Under the pieces are notes generated by a model. The model saw only the letters and a list, made by a program, of their open reading frames with translations, made no database searches and was not told the DNA's origin. Position numbers and translations under genes: made by a program. Of a stretch of 64,000 bases of DNA, positions 38,501 to 46,081 are shown one piece after another. Location of the stretch: the NCBI GenBank assembly GCA_031551405.1, contig JAVBNQ010000005.1, positions 33,743-97,742 of the forward strand. Direction: 5' to 3'. The first letter of the stretch is position 1. Each line of letters begins with the position of its first letter. The DNA comes from a bacterium. GTDB taxonomy: Bacteria > RUG730.

Positions 38501-40768
38501 GCTAATGAAGAAACTCGACGCTATGTTACTTCATCTCCAAGACAAAGTTTACCAAAATCTCTGGTTGTAAAAAATTCTAAAGGAAAAATCGTAGATATTT
38601 ACGAATTAAGGAATGGTCAACTAGAAAGCAGAAACGCAGGAATCCAAAGTAGGCTTACTCGAGGCAAAGAAGACACTAGTGATCAAATGCAACAGCTGAT
38701 GGCTATGTTCGCGCAACAAGGTATGGCGCCTCCTGCTGGCTTGGGAGCTAACGGCGGAGTCGGTGAAATAAAAATTAAATCTTTTACATTTGGCAAAAAA
38801 TCCAAGCAACTAGAACAATTAATGAGTGAGCTCAGTAAACAGAAAAAAGATGGCTCAGTAACTATCGATTTAAGCGAAGTTGCTGACGAAAATGTAGAAG
38901 AATTCGTAAAAAGCGTTTATTCTGCGATATTCGAAGATCAAAACTTGCCAAGAAACGTTGTCTTCAAAAAAGGCAGTAAATATTTTGGAGCAACTGATGC
39001 TGATTTGAGAAATTACCTCGAAACCTGGAGTGGAGCTGAAAGAACTTTAGCTTTAGCGGACTCTGCATCATTATCATTTAGCAAGCAAAATCCGGACGTT
39101 CTTTTGCGAGAAGACACACTCAAGCCTAATTTAACTGATTCATATTTTGCAGAAAAACCTTTTAGACAAGAGGCTGATCAGGTCGCTCTTGCCAAAACAT
39201 ACGAAGGACGTGAATATTTCGACGGTAAAATAGAAATTGAAGGCGACAATGGTCCGACGACTAAAGCTTTATTCAAAAAAGACGTGACCGCAAACAAAGT
39301 TATAATAACTATTGATCCTGAAAACTTGAGATATTTTGGCGCTGAATATAATGCCCTCGAAAAATTCATAAAAGGTTTGCGGCAGATCGAGCTCGAATTC
39401 AAAGATTTAGGCAAAGATCTCGAGATAGTTATTCCAACGACAACTGACTCTTCTTTAACGGAAACTAGAGCAAATCTTGTAACAGCCTTAAAAACTTTTG
39501 TAGACGAATATAAAACTGATGCCAGAGAATTCAGGCTTCTAAATTCTGCAGGCAACTTACTTTTCACTAATAAGCCTGACAACTATGAAAAAACCACGTC
39601 TTTAAGCGTTGGTAAAAATGTTTTGGCTGTGCCGGAAACTGTTTTTTCTACTGACGCTGCTTTCAAAGCTTGGCTGCAAAACGCTCTCAAAACCGATGAA
39701 ATGAGAGCTCTCGACGAAAAAGGCGAAGGCGTAACTTTAGGCTTGGGCTCTGTTGAAAAGTTAACCGACGAAACTATACAAATGATTACAGAAGTTATTG
39801 CGAGGTCTTTCCCTGGAGAAAATGTAACTTTAGTCAATAAATTAGGGCAAGTAATAATTGACCCGGCTTCTCACCATGCCGTAACAAGTATTGCTGCACA
39901 ATCTTTAAGAATAACGAATGTACGATTGAATAAGCAAATTTTAAATATGCTCGACCAAAATAATATTGCTAATTTTACAAAAATCGAAATCTCTGAAGAA
40001 CTCGCAAATTCTCCTAGCGACATTTTACTTCTAACAAATTTTTTAACTCAAAAGGGTTTTAGCGGCGATGTAGTAGTAAAGACAAATTCCGGCGAAGTTA
40101 AAATTTGGAGAGAAGCATTGTTCGAAGCCGGCGCTATTGTAAAAGACGTAGGAAGCTTGGAAGACTTGAATAAGTTCCTCGCAACTTTGGACGAACAAGC
40201 TGCCAGCGTAGATTACACTAATTATTCTATAGTTTTGAATCTAAAATTCAGAGATAAATTTACTGACTGGAGCAAATTAAATGCTTTGATAAAAAGCGGC
40301 AAATTGAAAGATTTAACCATAACTCAACGTGGCCAAATCTTAGCGACTAATAACGCCAAAGTACAACAGTTCGTTAAACATTACGAAATCATCAGTCGTT
40401 CTCACGATATAAAACTAGAAACTTTGCGTAGCTACCAAGGCGAACTTCAACCTGTAAATGCTTCAGCTTTACAAAAAATTGATTTTGGAAAAATCGGTGG
40501 AGCAAGTACAACAGTTCAGCCAAACTTTAGTTTACCTGTTATCGCAGGAAGCGTTGTTGCTTCTTTCCAGGGAGCTGACGCATCTTTTGCTAAATATGTC
40601 ACTTACATGGGCAAATCTGACGTAACTCAAACTGCCAATTTTGCGGCGGAATTCAAAAAGAGTGTTCGCAGTTTGGGAGTTGAAGCCGGTCTAATCAGGC
40701 GAACTTCCGACGCTTTCCCTCGAACTACTGATACAGCGAACATGAGGCATTTGGATAGCGCTGCATAA
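26531..40768 (+). CDS. Giant protein (4,745 aa): signal peptide, coiled-coil region, hydrophobic/TM clusters, SF2 SecA/DEAD-like ATPase motifs, long C-terminal region
   Basis: Single uninterrupted ORF of 14,238 nt in an AT-rich genome; AGGGGG RBS; N-terminal hydrophobic signal-like segment; Walker A GMGGGKT (34094..34114), Walker B LAIDEAD (34427..34447), AGRGMD (35705..35722), QISGRVGRG (35786..35812); terminator hairpin downstream. Confidence 0.8.
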   Translation: MFIKNLKITKCLASFLVVTTFTCFILNDYTYAQTPAKILPSISELRKARGYDKTFTNIGFREEIAINQSADLYAKKMNTNYANQQTKIENNLKAKKESAWATAEKKTNEIKQTATLNREQLNVNYAKNLADYKSTYSVQKAKLASDFDIKVAQVDKNLARLRDVSAIAAKKIDTQSGINKIGSVVASGIMKPVQGIMSGLTSVVGFFSGKDNNPLTKINDKIQNIDKDLADLKNSKNDNMASIQKNTADQIKNLEKKKKDLLEAKSASLTNMDKRNDETLANMELSFKNEIEAVNNRENSYIASLVNSTTDELAKLDGEIKSRLEDLYTLTNSELENYLFGDDGLFKKAYEYDDKTALRNLKSDQDNSNREIQTDEKSGGYIGNLANYMGVEEQKRAFASNQYLEKAEKLLLSGASDGTRRAGEFAAAAGVVSKDAQVLMPRDFSDASLARSGAIELNMDQGEAAGTVRDNKVANIDASFLKSQQELADYSDSIVKYSDEVTGFLEDTINNFADNSKNEMNDFTNKTVKKNDEINQKEIQALLAFVKELQQYMDMVWPESQSAGYERATEALKEAAELYLNASIDTLAIILAVVLGIVGGLVATIIGAIFLITTGIPMIFSGILTPCGIVQVVAAVASLIIGITGVALGIWGIISAISEREQLKTALEIASNNVKVLNDLLPDPSKKDWPENTPSEYKVFMDAEKNYNSAMGQFKVMFFRRFGIEGLKKVRNKINQINRLLGKKGISGLTHDELLKLQELLFFFKPASNDKLLKRSMEGLKNTFKSYQEALENFKKSTKTVTYTLKELKDGSIVETTYTKTIWEAYQDKQFWGVVASELDMALNNAYVFDIDANGNVIKVDRSDGSTYTEEYKDPETGEWKTVTKKGWSGFANKASQSGDRFFSAINNGFTKFIDATDAFFSGVISGVIYGVTFGHVKVDKFPTWVKGITTFIPNFFKAIVDMTFMGYNLTLHLAKGLSQNGVLKGLQDFALGMASFPLGIIENAIGMKQGTFLDLFKGKTHSAKEIWGEGEYWNPGAAAGTLGFTIVMMMGSPSGASSIKAFVSNIKSALSSIWNAIKYVAVNGIWAGLKASFKVVGSALGKIINWTKSQFNFKTVLGNGFKAGVSAVLHNVLSGVKIGLGGLGIAAVAVLGAAGSIAGSIVFGLGKSLLTATKALATTASKYLKKFYKESSIKSLFKWASKQVTPRKSAGALLAAILLTPVLIVSHVLGITQAIKQLHTGFVGLRKEYKAMQKVYNSTGSYVQTRNGMPVNLRTQFIQNTISYGLQVPQVLINTVMSVALAPLLITSPLLFIGVKIGHVFWSEVILGQRKLRAMQKEQQKEQSRGAINSQKTQIESETNAQAVQASARNLRDHAKAFGIEVFDKTGKSLGVVSYKVFMEKMISGEISSFAVNQGGSKNAISLGIGAREALTRDYLASRDNASLTRLLARNNGNNKLEALVAAERVQRSTIILREYNAQRQKLTGQSAINFLEQMLNQNKLRSKVATSAQKAFLKMQNAAIKTELANLHAQALAARIEFLFSQSKLDPKIVELLDSNLGILDFSKIKAGGLTRNAAETLVRQMGDILGVVSKKYQESCSTGNKQIIKDSSSVVSARFKEIVNSEKFQEILKIASLAERQQKIMDYMKELKAVESATPPTALERLVIDRMTQVLRDNPSITPKQLAKMEVQLQKETVLALETGALVYNGFTSYNNIADGIKQLGVRPDLELNNQRKAVKATTALNEIEITAHHQTVVSQLNEIIAMKPELFSKNQGPAEGRIEARRKANSDFIASVREKYKNDPIGKILAKRLEFLLEINVYNNQGISAKDMKNFTSLLKEEVTFALKSGDIVPANGRFISQTQMEAYLKTFASEAELMRHAQETFKVQKQKEALDKKYEGKQFEKYSRSKRNAAQDLVKECLVIGNMGEKERQTAIEALQKQISDIKIERDTESPSMRKLLNRQVDALEMLVSSIKNNDVARIKEAVTAYFSKGGASSSVTAEAFVASIKSVITVTEAFAERVDQLSRISKDHEIHKADGKLSMQDFQKREVGAETKATLVILKAQLDALKDTSTRPISLETYKEYAALREKIEKSDAYKNATTEQRTAATTATTPHEILAAALNPLEAVTYNKLMEQFKGLDLKSEQSFRDSFNQAIREKINLFVAEAGSSMPVATIVDYLRGNRSRIPTDLMASLEQQIVNKLKGREAVTANDLTRDQALLGTLPQSSIREVLAARPDLHRLILQKEISYLQAKETVPAAVQEANRQVNETLSLTDAAALVKLKETIATISDPTLKKQITALIKGKELGKITFARLSELIEQTKSSPEATQALNLIVSRRMNQLQTYKNAAGSAQKSASNALIAEYKKLEDYIMKGVEKASAGYLEILNREHLPLMEKMYKIMEAAGIPKAEISTFDLSTGKIGDKTFYQKVQELASAKKLTSAEYIQRELFGENHQLTHLQADALRVVGLKLIEGHNKIGDGTITARTAALTDPNFNFTQKQILMMAANDQGMIAALGMGGGKTRVYPTVIGSMMQKGIGGGIGEILVSSKQEIANMLGNKDYMETFYGVKMLDGTKLHAENKLGETLASHKRDGIKVIVVFDLETRGHLSHEIRTNKSLQILDKIDILAIDEADALSLKQQSFINAERLPATDLIKNQVAKILETYEKLKGEGAEKFDAKKGGFADKTFLDAMLAELKTNAEFQKDQSSYLKKSLFSLSDKEWTGQTSAMITQVLRGRAEVLSGETKGGFKVDTVGGIQVGVQDGNNYNSVAVQIIDAFQKNAPQGVTFSIERFKTTTGASVSEFAATVSKTTVESAAQEILTRAPGVRLHVFGGSGTTGGAKRISEAVTAPVAEISEASFANYAFNTQVQKPGQRTTDVVAAFAGKALEGKWGRLIIQSQENLAENLLATIEKVAGPEAAAAFKNAASTSGKVERISDVQFAIEKLDSAFVDPVFIKGQGGGFISLNQAITDGLVRSNGKKFFETVSGREVKVSLGDILASPTAMRELNIPENHRATLQKIIVIDHYTNPESVSGLAKNTSANGNIVFSTAKAGRGMDFRGKMQLLVTDVDSLAKNDFLQISGRVGRGESRDVFHRTVLVNPTQLKSTFTEQIEILQQKKEFMQSSTLGKEFIEQGGGLKAPPADRQITQSEQAFRAEWTELQSNLKSLKIYEKQLDKGSFTQASSAEMIRASTIIQGEFKSNGAALYQIGEGVRSAILKIPLERMKAKAEAMGNTHDAALIQRIIDEMIRTNKGATADALILQESGWKNPKEVFEKMMKANYEAAIQIYKMLDAVRITDPKSMMEKVASPITRKVAIGEFNVGLQDPTLLREVRTRVLDLEQGKMEVQAIGKRDWYETRAKATEKAKSGQLTTLSEINSMDNPQISRQVLETVTYVAKDLNPQRKTTASDSYAPKQTVRIANQALTGVKGTEAVRVNTSNAGQLVSSLEHYKTKGDRIGAIVLTNRQLIALQQDPIAYKRFQAEIVATTDWKHGVFATGQAKILIADSDQDITNGRAKTLEQALGQAQALKPPIVTNATQIVLGSSSQDKKKDKDLQKLFEIQTRDLRAGIDPKLWDDLDTNLEIAIDKQRFDAMPEKARQEFIAQLGREAQLRSERARDAGKDTGQVTAVLREEVVDTSLKGNQIATSVLSKLSTQPTVRSEALALLIEAQESEIARLEKEKGAASDLESLGLEALFNEEALVTKKDLEAKIQDLKVERQKLLALETEVRIFETMDKIIDTKTNKQEALALTKKAQTLLPQLAAQMDRLNDEAQALQTQVQVIGQELLDQGNLAVLANIVRGDQAPQIIQQYTTLRDDKNEALKDKLLAIARTAAPTEQSKVMTHSTLLMTTDATVNAGYAKIEEQYRKDVFPGVYQPTVNADANATTSPQQPVVVQNARLDLAQPAILKDAKAKLKNEAEGNKSTSSQGPSTAAKTQYTSLVTMEVRDKLLTETGVSQLEIVISTEVQDAAEKALRDGVQKANEETRRYVTSSPRQSLPKSLVVKNSKGKIVDIYELRNGQLESRNAGIQSRLTRGKEDTSDQMQQLMAMFAQQGMAPPAGLGANGGVGEIKIKSFTFGKKSKQLEQLMSELSKQKKDGSVTIDLSEVADENVEEFVKSVYSAIFEDQNLPRNVVFKKGSKYFGATDADLRNYLETWSGAERTLALADSASLSFSKQNPDVLLREDTLKPNLTDSYFAEKPFRQEADQVALAKTYEGREYFDGKIEIEGDNGPTTKALFKKDVTANKVIITIDPENLRYFGAEYNALEKFIKGLRQIELEFKDLGKDLEIVIPTTTDSSLTETRANLVTALKTFVDEYKTDAREFRLLNSAGNLLFTNKPDNYEKTTSLSVGKNVLAVPETVFSTDAAFKAWLQNALKTDEMRALDEKGEGVTLGLGSVEKLTDETIQMITEVIARSFPGENVTLVNKLGQVIIDPASHHAVTSIAAQSLRITNVRLNKQILNMLDQNNIANFTKIEISEELANSPSDILLLTNFLTQKGFSGDVVVKTNSGEVKIWREALFEAGAIVKDVGSLEDLNKFLATLDEQAASVDYTNYSIVLNLKFRDKFTDWSKLNALIKSGKLKDLTITQRGQILATNNAKVQQFVKHYEIISRSHDIKLETLRSYQGELQPVNASALQKIDFGKIGGASTTVQPNFSLPVIAGSVVASFQGADASFAKYVTYMGKSDVTQTANFAAEFKKSVRSLGVEAGLIRRTSDAFPRTTDTANMRHLDSAA

Positions 40769-40800
40769 AAGCTTAACTTTAAAAAAATAAATCTACTAAT

Positions 40801-40841
40801 CGAGAGTTTAAAATTTTACTTTTAGACTCTCGTTTTTTTTT
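40801..40841 (+). terminator. Putative rho-independent terminator downstream of the giant ORF
   Basis: Inverted repeat CGAGAGT (40801..40807) / ACTCTCG (40826..40832) followed by T9 (40833..40841); the 18-nt loop is larger than ideal. Confidence 0.45.
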
Positions 40842-40926
40842 AGTCAAATTTTTTAGTCAAAACTTATGAGCTCAAACAAGCCAAACGAAAATATACATTT
40901 TTGTTTAACCGGTGGAAAAAATTTCG

Positions 40927-41670
40927 CTAAATCAAATCAAATGCATATTCAATAATCGAAACCAAAGTAAGCGCAGCAGTCTCGACTCGCAAAATATTTC
41001 CGTTCAAATGAAAATCCTGCCAATTATTTTTCTTCGCTTGCTCAATTTCAAAATCTTCAAAACCGCCTTCAGCTCCGACGATAAGATTTATATTTTTGTA
41101 TTTTTCGCGATAATTCTTCAAAATCGGTTTTAACGGATTTTCGCCTTTTTCCCAAGCGATCAATTTTAGCGAATTTGGCTCTGAAATTTTCAAAATATTT
41201 TCGAATTTTTGGGGAATAGAAATGGTAGGAATGATTGGATTTTTGGATTGTTTTACGGCGGAAAGAGCGATTTTTTGCCAGCGTTCGAGCTTGTGAAGAC
41301 CAGATTTTTCGTCTAAATTTACGACCACATTTTTTGTCAAGATCGGAACGATTTTTGTAATCCCGAGCTCAACTGCTTTCTCGATAATAAAATCCATTTT
41401 ATTCGCTTTTGGCAAGGCTTGAAAAAGCGTGAAATCGTACTTTTTTTCGCAATTCTTTTTGTTCAAAATCTCAAAAAACACAACATTTTCTTTCATCTCG
41501 ATAAAAACTGCAAAATACTGACTTCCATTTTGATCCAAAAAATAAACTTTTTCGCCAGGTTTGATCCGCAGAACATAAACAAGATGCTTGAAATCGGCGT
41601 CGTGGTTTGTCAAAAAAACTTTATTTTGCGAAACATTTACATTTTTGCTGGATATTAAAAACTGCGGCAT
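40927..41670 (-). CDS. rsmE: 16S rRNA (uracil1498-N3)-methyltransferase
   Basis: 247 aa; RsmE-like N-terminal PUA-like region and C-terminal ...LIVGAEGGFEDFE motif. Confidence 0.7.
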   Translation of the reverse strand: MPQFLISSKNVNVSQNKVFLTNHDADFKHLVYVLRIKPGEKVYFLDQNGSQYFAVFIEMKENVVFFEILNKKNCEKKYDFTLFQALPKANKMDFIIEKAVELGITKIVPILTKNVVVNLDEKSGLHKLERWQKIALSAVKQSKNPIIPTISIPQKFENILKISEPNSLKLIAWEKGENPLKPILKNYREKYKNINLIVGAEGGFEDFEIEQAKKNNWQDFHLNGNILRVETAALTLVSIIEYAFDLI

Positions 41671-41674
41671 TTTT

Positions 41675-42820
41675 TTATTTAAACATTTTTTTTATAAAAT
41701 TTTCTTTATCTTCGTCTACAATTGTCTCGCCCATGCTCGCAGCAAAATCTTTCAGTTTTTGTTTCTGTTCAGGCGTCAGTTTTTTGGGAATACTCACGTT
41801 AATTTTCACAAACTGATCCCCCCTTCGTTTTGTTCCAAGAATCGGCAAACCCTTTTCTTTTAGACGAAAAATCGTGCCATTTTGGGTCCCGCTTGGAATT
41901 TTAAGTCCGGCTTGACCATCAATAATTGGAACCGTAATTTCAATTCCGAGCGTAGCATTCGTAAAACTAATGCTCTCTTCGATATATAAATTCTCTTTTT
42001 CTCGCCTGAATTTCGTGTCATTTATCACATTCAAAACTATGAATAAATCACCATTTGCGCCACCTCGAATACCGGCATTTCCTTCGTTCCTAAGCCGCAA
42101 AGTCGAACCGGTTTCAACTCCTCCGGGAATTTGTACGTCAATTGTCTTTTGTTTTCGAACAAATCCTCGACCTGAACACGACTCGCAAGGTTCTTTGATT
42201 TTTTGACCGGAGCCTTGACAATCCGGACAAGTCTGAACGCTCGTGAAAAACCCTTGAGAAAACCGAACTTTTCCAGCTCCGCCGCATCGCGAGCATTTCT
42301 CAATTTTTGTGCCTGGTTTAGCGCCTGTCGAGTTGCAGACTTCGCATTTTTCGGTATGCTCGATTTTTATTGTGCGCTTCATTCCAAACGCCACTTCCGA
42401 AAGATTTACTTTAAGCTCGTATTCTAAATCCTGCCCTTTTTGAGGGCCTTTACTTGCAGACGAAGCTCTTCTCCCTCCTCCAAACAAATCGCTGAACATT
42501 TCGCCAAAAATATCGCCTCCAACGTTAAAATCAAAACCCTCGAATCCACCTTGCCCGCCAAAGCCTTGCCCGAAACCTTGACCAGCGTTTCCACCAACTC
42601 CGGCGTGTCCGAATTGATCATACATTGAACGCTTTTGCTTGTCGCTCAAAACCTCGTAAGCTTCATTGATTTCTTTGAATTTCTCTTCAGATTCTTTGTT
42701 ATTGGGATTTTTGTCAGGATGATACTTTAGTGCCAATTTCCTGTAAGCGGTTTTTATCTCTTGTTCCGTCGCATTTTTGTTCACACCTAAAACTTCGTAA
42801 TAATCACGTTTTGTTGCCAA
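41675..42820 (-). CDS. dnaJ: Molecular chaperone DnaJ
   Basis: J-domain with HPD (YHPDKNP), G/F-rich linker, four CxxCxG zinc-finger repeats. Confidence 0.92.
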   Translation of the reverse strand: MATKRDYYEVLGVNKNATEQEIKTAYRKLALKYHPDKNPNNKESEEKFKEINEAYEVLSDKQKRSMYDQFGHAGVGGNAGQGFGQGFGGQGGFEGFDFNVGGDIFGEMFSDLFGGGRRASSASKGPQKGQDLEYELKVNLSEVAFGMKRTIKIEHTEKCEVCNSTGAKPGTKIEKCSRCGGAGKVRFSQGFFTSVQTCPDCQGSGQKIKEPCESCSGRGFVRKQKTIDVQIPGGVETGSTLRLRNEGNAGIRGGANGDLFIVLNVINDTKFRREKENLYIEESISFTNATLGIEITVPIIDGQAGLKIPSGTQNGTIFRLKEKGLPILGTKRRGDQFVKINVSIPKKLTPEQKQKLKDFAASMGETIVDEDKENFIKKMFK

Positions 42821-43167
42821 TTTTTTGCTCCAATAAATTTTATATCGTTAAATTTAGAACATGTTTTTAAAAAAAATTGCCGAACAATTTTTATAAATTG
42901 CTATTATATGAAAAAAGACAAGGAGAATTTTAATATTTCAATTTTTAAATTTTTGAAATCAAAAGAATGTCAAATATTTTCTTTTTTTGCTCAAAAATTC
43001 GTTTTTCCGTGTCAAGTCCACACGTTTCTAGACACAAAACTTCGTACTCGGCGTTCTTTTTTCTCGAAAAACCAAGTCATTGCACTACACACGTATTTTC
43101 GTGGCTCCGAATAAAAATTTTATTTTAGTCTTTTTGTGCTTGCCAAGGGAAAAAGCCTGGTTTTACT

Positions 43168-45030
43168 TTACTTCTTCTCCTCAAAATCCGCATCAACAAT
43201 ATTCTCGTCGTCTTTTTTGTTTTCGCCTGAAGAATCTGAACTTCCCTCCGGCTGCGCTTGATCTTGACTTTGTCCTTTTGCTTGAGCTTCCTTATAAATC
43301 GCTTCTGCCAATTTATACGACGCAGTCTGCAAACTTTCAGTTTTAGCTTTTATATCGTCTAAATTTTCTGTTTTCAAAGCTTCTTTCAAATCACTCGCAG
43401 CATTTTCAATCGCAGTTTTTTCTTCAACAGAAATTTTATCGCCGTGTTCTTTTAGCGATTTTTCCGTCTGATAAACCAAATTATCGGCATTATTTCTGAC
43501 TTCAATCGATTCTTTTCGTTTTTTGTCTTCATCGGAAAATTTTTCCGCGTCTTTCACCATTTTATCGATTTCTTCGTCGCTAAGTTTTGTCGATGCGCTA
43601 ATTTTTATGCTTTGCTCTTTTTGCGTGCCCAAATCTTTCGCAGACACGTGGATAATTCCGTTTGCGTCGATGTCAAACGTCACTTCAATCTGTGGCACTC
43701 CTCGAGGTGCAGGCGGAATTCCAACCAAATCAAATCTTCCGAGCTCGACGTTATCGTTAGCCAAAGCTCTCTCTCCCTGTAAAACTCGAATGCTCACAGC
43801 AGGCTGACTGTCAGACGCCGTTGAGAAAACCTGGCTTTTTCGAGTCGGAACAGTCGTATTTCTGTCAATAAGTTTCGTGCAAACTCCACCCAAAGTTTCA
43901 ATTCCCAAAGAAAGCGGCGTCACATCGAGAAGTAAAACGTCTTTCACTTCGCCGGTTAAAACTCCGGCTTGAATCGCAGCTCCCATCGCGACGCATTCCA
44001 TCGGATCAACTCCTCTCTCAATCGGTTTCCCGATAAAATCTTCGACGGTTTTTTGGATAATAGGCATTCTCGTCGGTCCGCCAACCATGATTATATTGTC
44101 AATTTCCGATGGTTTTAATCCGGCGTCGTCTAATGCTTGTTTGATAGGAGCCTTACATTTTCCCACGATCCCAGATACCAAATCGTCTAGTTTCGCGCGT
44201 CTTAGTTTCAGATTCAAATGCTTTGGTCCCGTCGCATCAGCAGAAATAAAAGGCAAATTTATATCCGTCTCGAGCGTAGTCGATAATTCGATCTTTGCTT
44301 TTTCAGCAGCCTCACGAAGCCTTTGAATCGCCATAGAATCGTTCCTCACATCTATTCCGGATTCTTTTTTGAATTCTTCGGCAATGTAATCGATGATCAC
44401 TTTATCCATGTCTGTTCCGCCAAGTTTCGTGTCTCCGCTGGTTGATTTTACTTCGAAAACTCCATGAGCCATTTCCATAATTGTAACGTCTAAAGTTCCT
44501 CCGCCCAAATCAAATACCAAAATTTTACGTTCTTGCCCGCTTTTGTCGAGCCCGTAAGCTAGTGCTGCTGCCGTCGGTTCATTAATAATTCTGACGACTT
44601 CAAGTCCTGCAATAGTTCCGGCATCTTTCGTCGCTTGCCGTTGGTTATCGTTAAAATAAGCCGGTACTGTAATCACAGCTTTTTCTACTTTATCGCCCAA
44701 AAATGCTTCTGAATCTTTTTTGATTTTTTGCAAAATGAAAGCTGAAATCTGTTGTGGCGTGTATTCTTTGCCGTGGACTTTGAATTTATAATCTTCACCC
44801 ATTCGTCTTTTTGCAGCCATTACAGTACCATCCGGATTTACGACTGCTTGCCTGCGCGCCGGTTCTCCAACCAAAAGTTCGCCTTCTTTTGTGAAAGCTA
44901 CGTACGACGGAAAAGATTTTCCTCCGACGCTAGTTCCTTCAGCGCTTGGTATTATCGTCGGTTTTCCGCCTTCCAAAACGAAAGCCGCTGAATTTGAAGT
45001 TCCTAAGTCTATTCCTATTATTTTTGCCAT
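43168..45030 (-). CDS. dnaK: Molecular chaperone DnaK (Hsp70)
   Basis: 620 aa; [18 protein letters not shown] and other Hsp70 signatures. Confidence 0.95.
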   Translation of the reverse strand: MAKIIGIDLGTSNSAAFVLEGGKPTIIPSAEGTSVGGKSFPSYVAFTKEGELLVGEPARRQAVVNPDGTVMAAKRRMGEDYKFKVHGKEYTPQQISAFILQKIKKDSEAFLGDKVEKAVITVPAYFNDNQRQATKDAGTIAGLEVVRIINEPTAAALAYGLDKSGQERKILVFDLGGGTLDVTIMEMAHGVFEVKSTSGDTKLGGTDMDKVIIDYIAEEFKKESGIDVRNDSMAIQRLREAAEKAKIELSTTLETDINLPFISADATGPKHLNLKLRRAKLDDLVSGIVGKCKAPIKQALDDAGLKPSEIDNIIMVGGPTRMPIIQKTVEDFIGKPIERGVDPMECVAMGAAIQAGVLTGEVKDVLLLDVTPLSLGIETLGGVCTKLIDRNTTVPTRKSQVFSTASDSQPAVSIRVLQGERALANDNVELGRFDLVGIPPAPRGVPQIEVTFDIDANGIIHVSAKDLGTQKEQSIKISASTKLSDEEIDKMVKDAEKFSDEDKKRKESIEVRNNADNLVYQTEKSLKEHGDKISVEEKTAIENAASDLKEALKTENLDDIKAKTESLQTASYKLAEAIYKEAQAKGQSQDQAQPEGSSDSSGENKKDDENIVDADFEEKK

Positions 45031-45257
45031 TTTTTTACTCCTCCGATATAAAAAAGTATTATTTTTTGTTTTATTGATAAAAAATTTAGAAATTTATATT
45101 TTCGCTTTTTCTCTAAAAATTGCTTTGCAAATTTTACTCAAAACCCCACCATGAAGGAAAGTGGAAAAATTTTTGAAAAACTGTTTGAGCCCAATTTTTG
45201 TGACGAGTTTTGTCCTTTGCAGGACAAGCATCAGCCTCCGCTTAGCGAAGATTTCAA

Positions 45258-45366
45258 GTAAAACTTTATTTCTCTGCTATTATTAGCCGTATGCAATACT
45301 TTTTGAAAATTTTTACCTATATCCGGAATGTTTGGAGCGTCCTTTTCTTTTGGTTCATTTTCTTTT
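45258..45366. repeat. Intergenic repeat element, copy A, between grpE and dnaK
   Basis: ~110 nt roughly 85% identical by eye to 57872..57978 (shared core ...aatgtttggRgcgtcSttttcttttggttcattttcttt). Confidence 0.6.
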
Positions 45367-45539
45367 TTGTGCAATTTCAAAAAAAATTTAAAAACTAACC
45401 TAAACTTTCGTTTTTTGAAATCCGCTGACTTTGCCAAGAATGAAAATTTTAAAAAATTTCTTTTTCTGGATTTTACTTTACTTTTACAAATTTTTTAAAA
45501 AAAATTCTCTCATTTTCGCAAGATTTTTTTATAAATTTT

Positions 45540-46073
45540 CTATTTCTTATTTATTTTTACTATCGAATGCCGCAAAACCTTCTCTTTGAGCTTGTATCCT
45601 GACTGCATCTCACACGTAATCACATTTTCGTCTAAATCTTCTCGACTATCAAATCCAATCGCTTCGTGATAAGCCGGATTAAATTTTTCGCCGGTCGCGA
45701 TAATTTTCTCCAAACCTTCTTTCTGCAAAATATCAAGCAAAGATTTCTGCAAAAGCTCAAAACCTTTCAAACATTCGTCGAAGTTATTATGTTTCGCTTT
45801 GAGTGCGCTCTCAAAAGCATCCAAAAACGGCAAAAGCAAAATCAAAGTTTCCTGGCAAGAATATTTCAAAAGCTCAAACTTTTCTTTTTCAACTCTGGTT
45901 TTGTAATTCGCAAATTCCGCGTTAAGACGCAAAATTTTATCATTCAATTCTCTGTTCAAAGCTTGCGCGTCTTCGACAGATTGTTTCAAAATTTCCAGCT
46001 CAGAAATTTTTTCTTCTCGAGCTAAATCTTCCAGATTTTCTTTTTTTTCTTCGTTATTTTTTTCGTCTTGCAT
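45540..46073 (-). CDS. grpE: Nucleotide exchange factor GrpE
   Basis: 177 aa; coiled-coil N-terminus and C-terminal GrpE motif (FNPAYHEAI). Confidence 0.85.
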   Translation of the reverse strand: MQDEKNNEEKKENLEDLAREEKISELEILKQSVEDAQALNRELNDKILRLNAEFANYKTRVEKEKFELLKYSCQETLILLLPFLDAFESALKAKHNNFDECLKGFELLQKSLLDILQKEGLEKIIATGEKFNPAYHEAIGFDSREDLDENVITCEMQSGYKLKEKVLRHSIVKINKK

Positions 46074-46081
46074 TTTGTCCT

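Noticed and set aside
39178-39837. Minus-strand ORFs of 134 and 84 aa inside the giant gene 3' region
   Set aside because: Same reasoning; antisense shadow ORFs.
26531-40768. Giant ORF as an RTX toxin, NRPS/PKS or Pmp-type adhesin
   Set aside because: No GGxGxD nonapeptide repeats, no adenylation/condensation/ketosynthase core motifs, and no GGA[ILV]/FxxN repeats were seen in the translation.
40801-40841. Bidirectional terminator serving both the giant gene and rsmE
   Set aside because: Only the plus-strand orientation has a T-run directly following the hairpin; the A-run upstream is separated from the stem by 13 nt, so function on the minus strand is not supported.
45231-45437. 68-aa minus-strand ORF in the grpE-dnaK spacer
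   Set aside because: Overlaps the intergenic repeat element; lysine-rich low-complexity translation of A/T-rich repeat sequence; no RBS.
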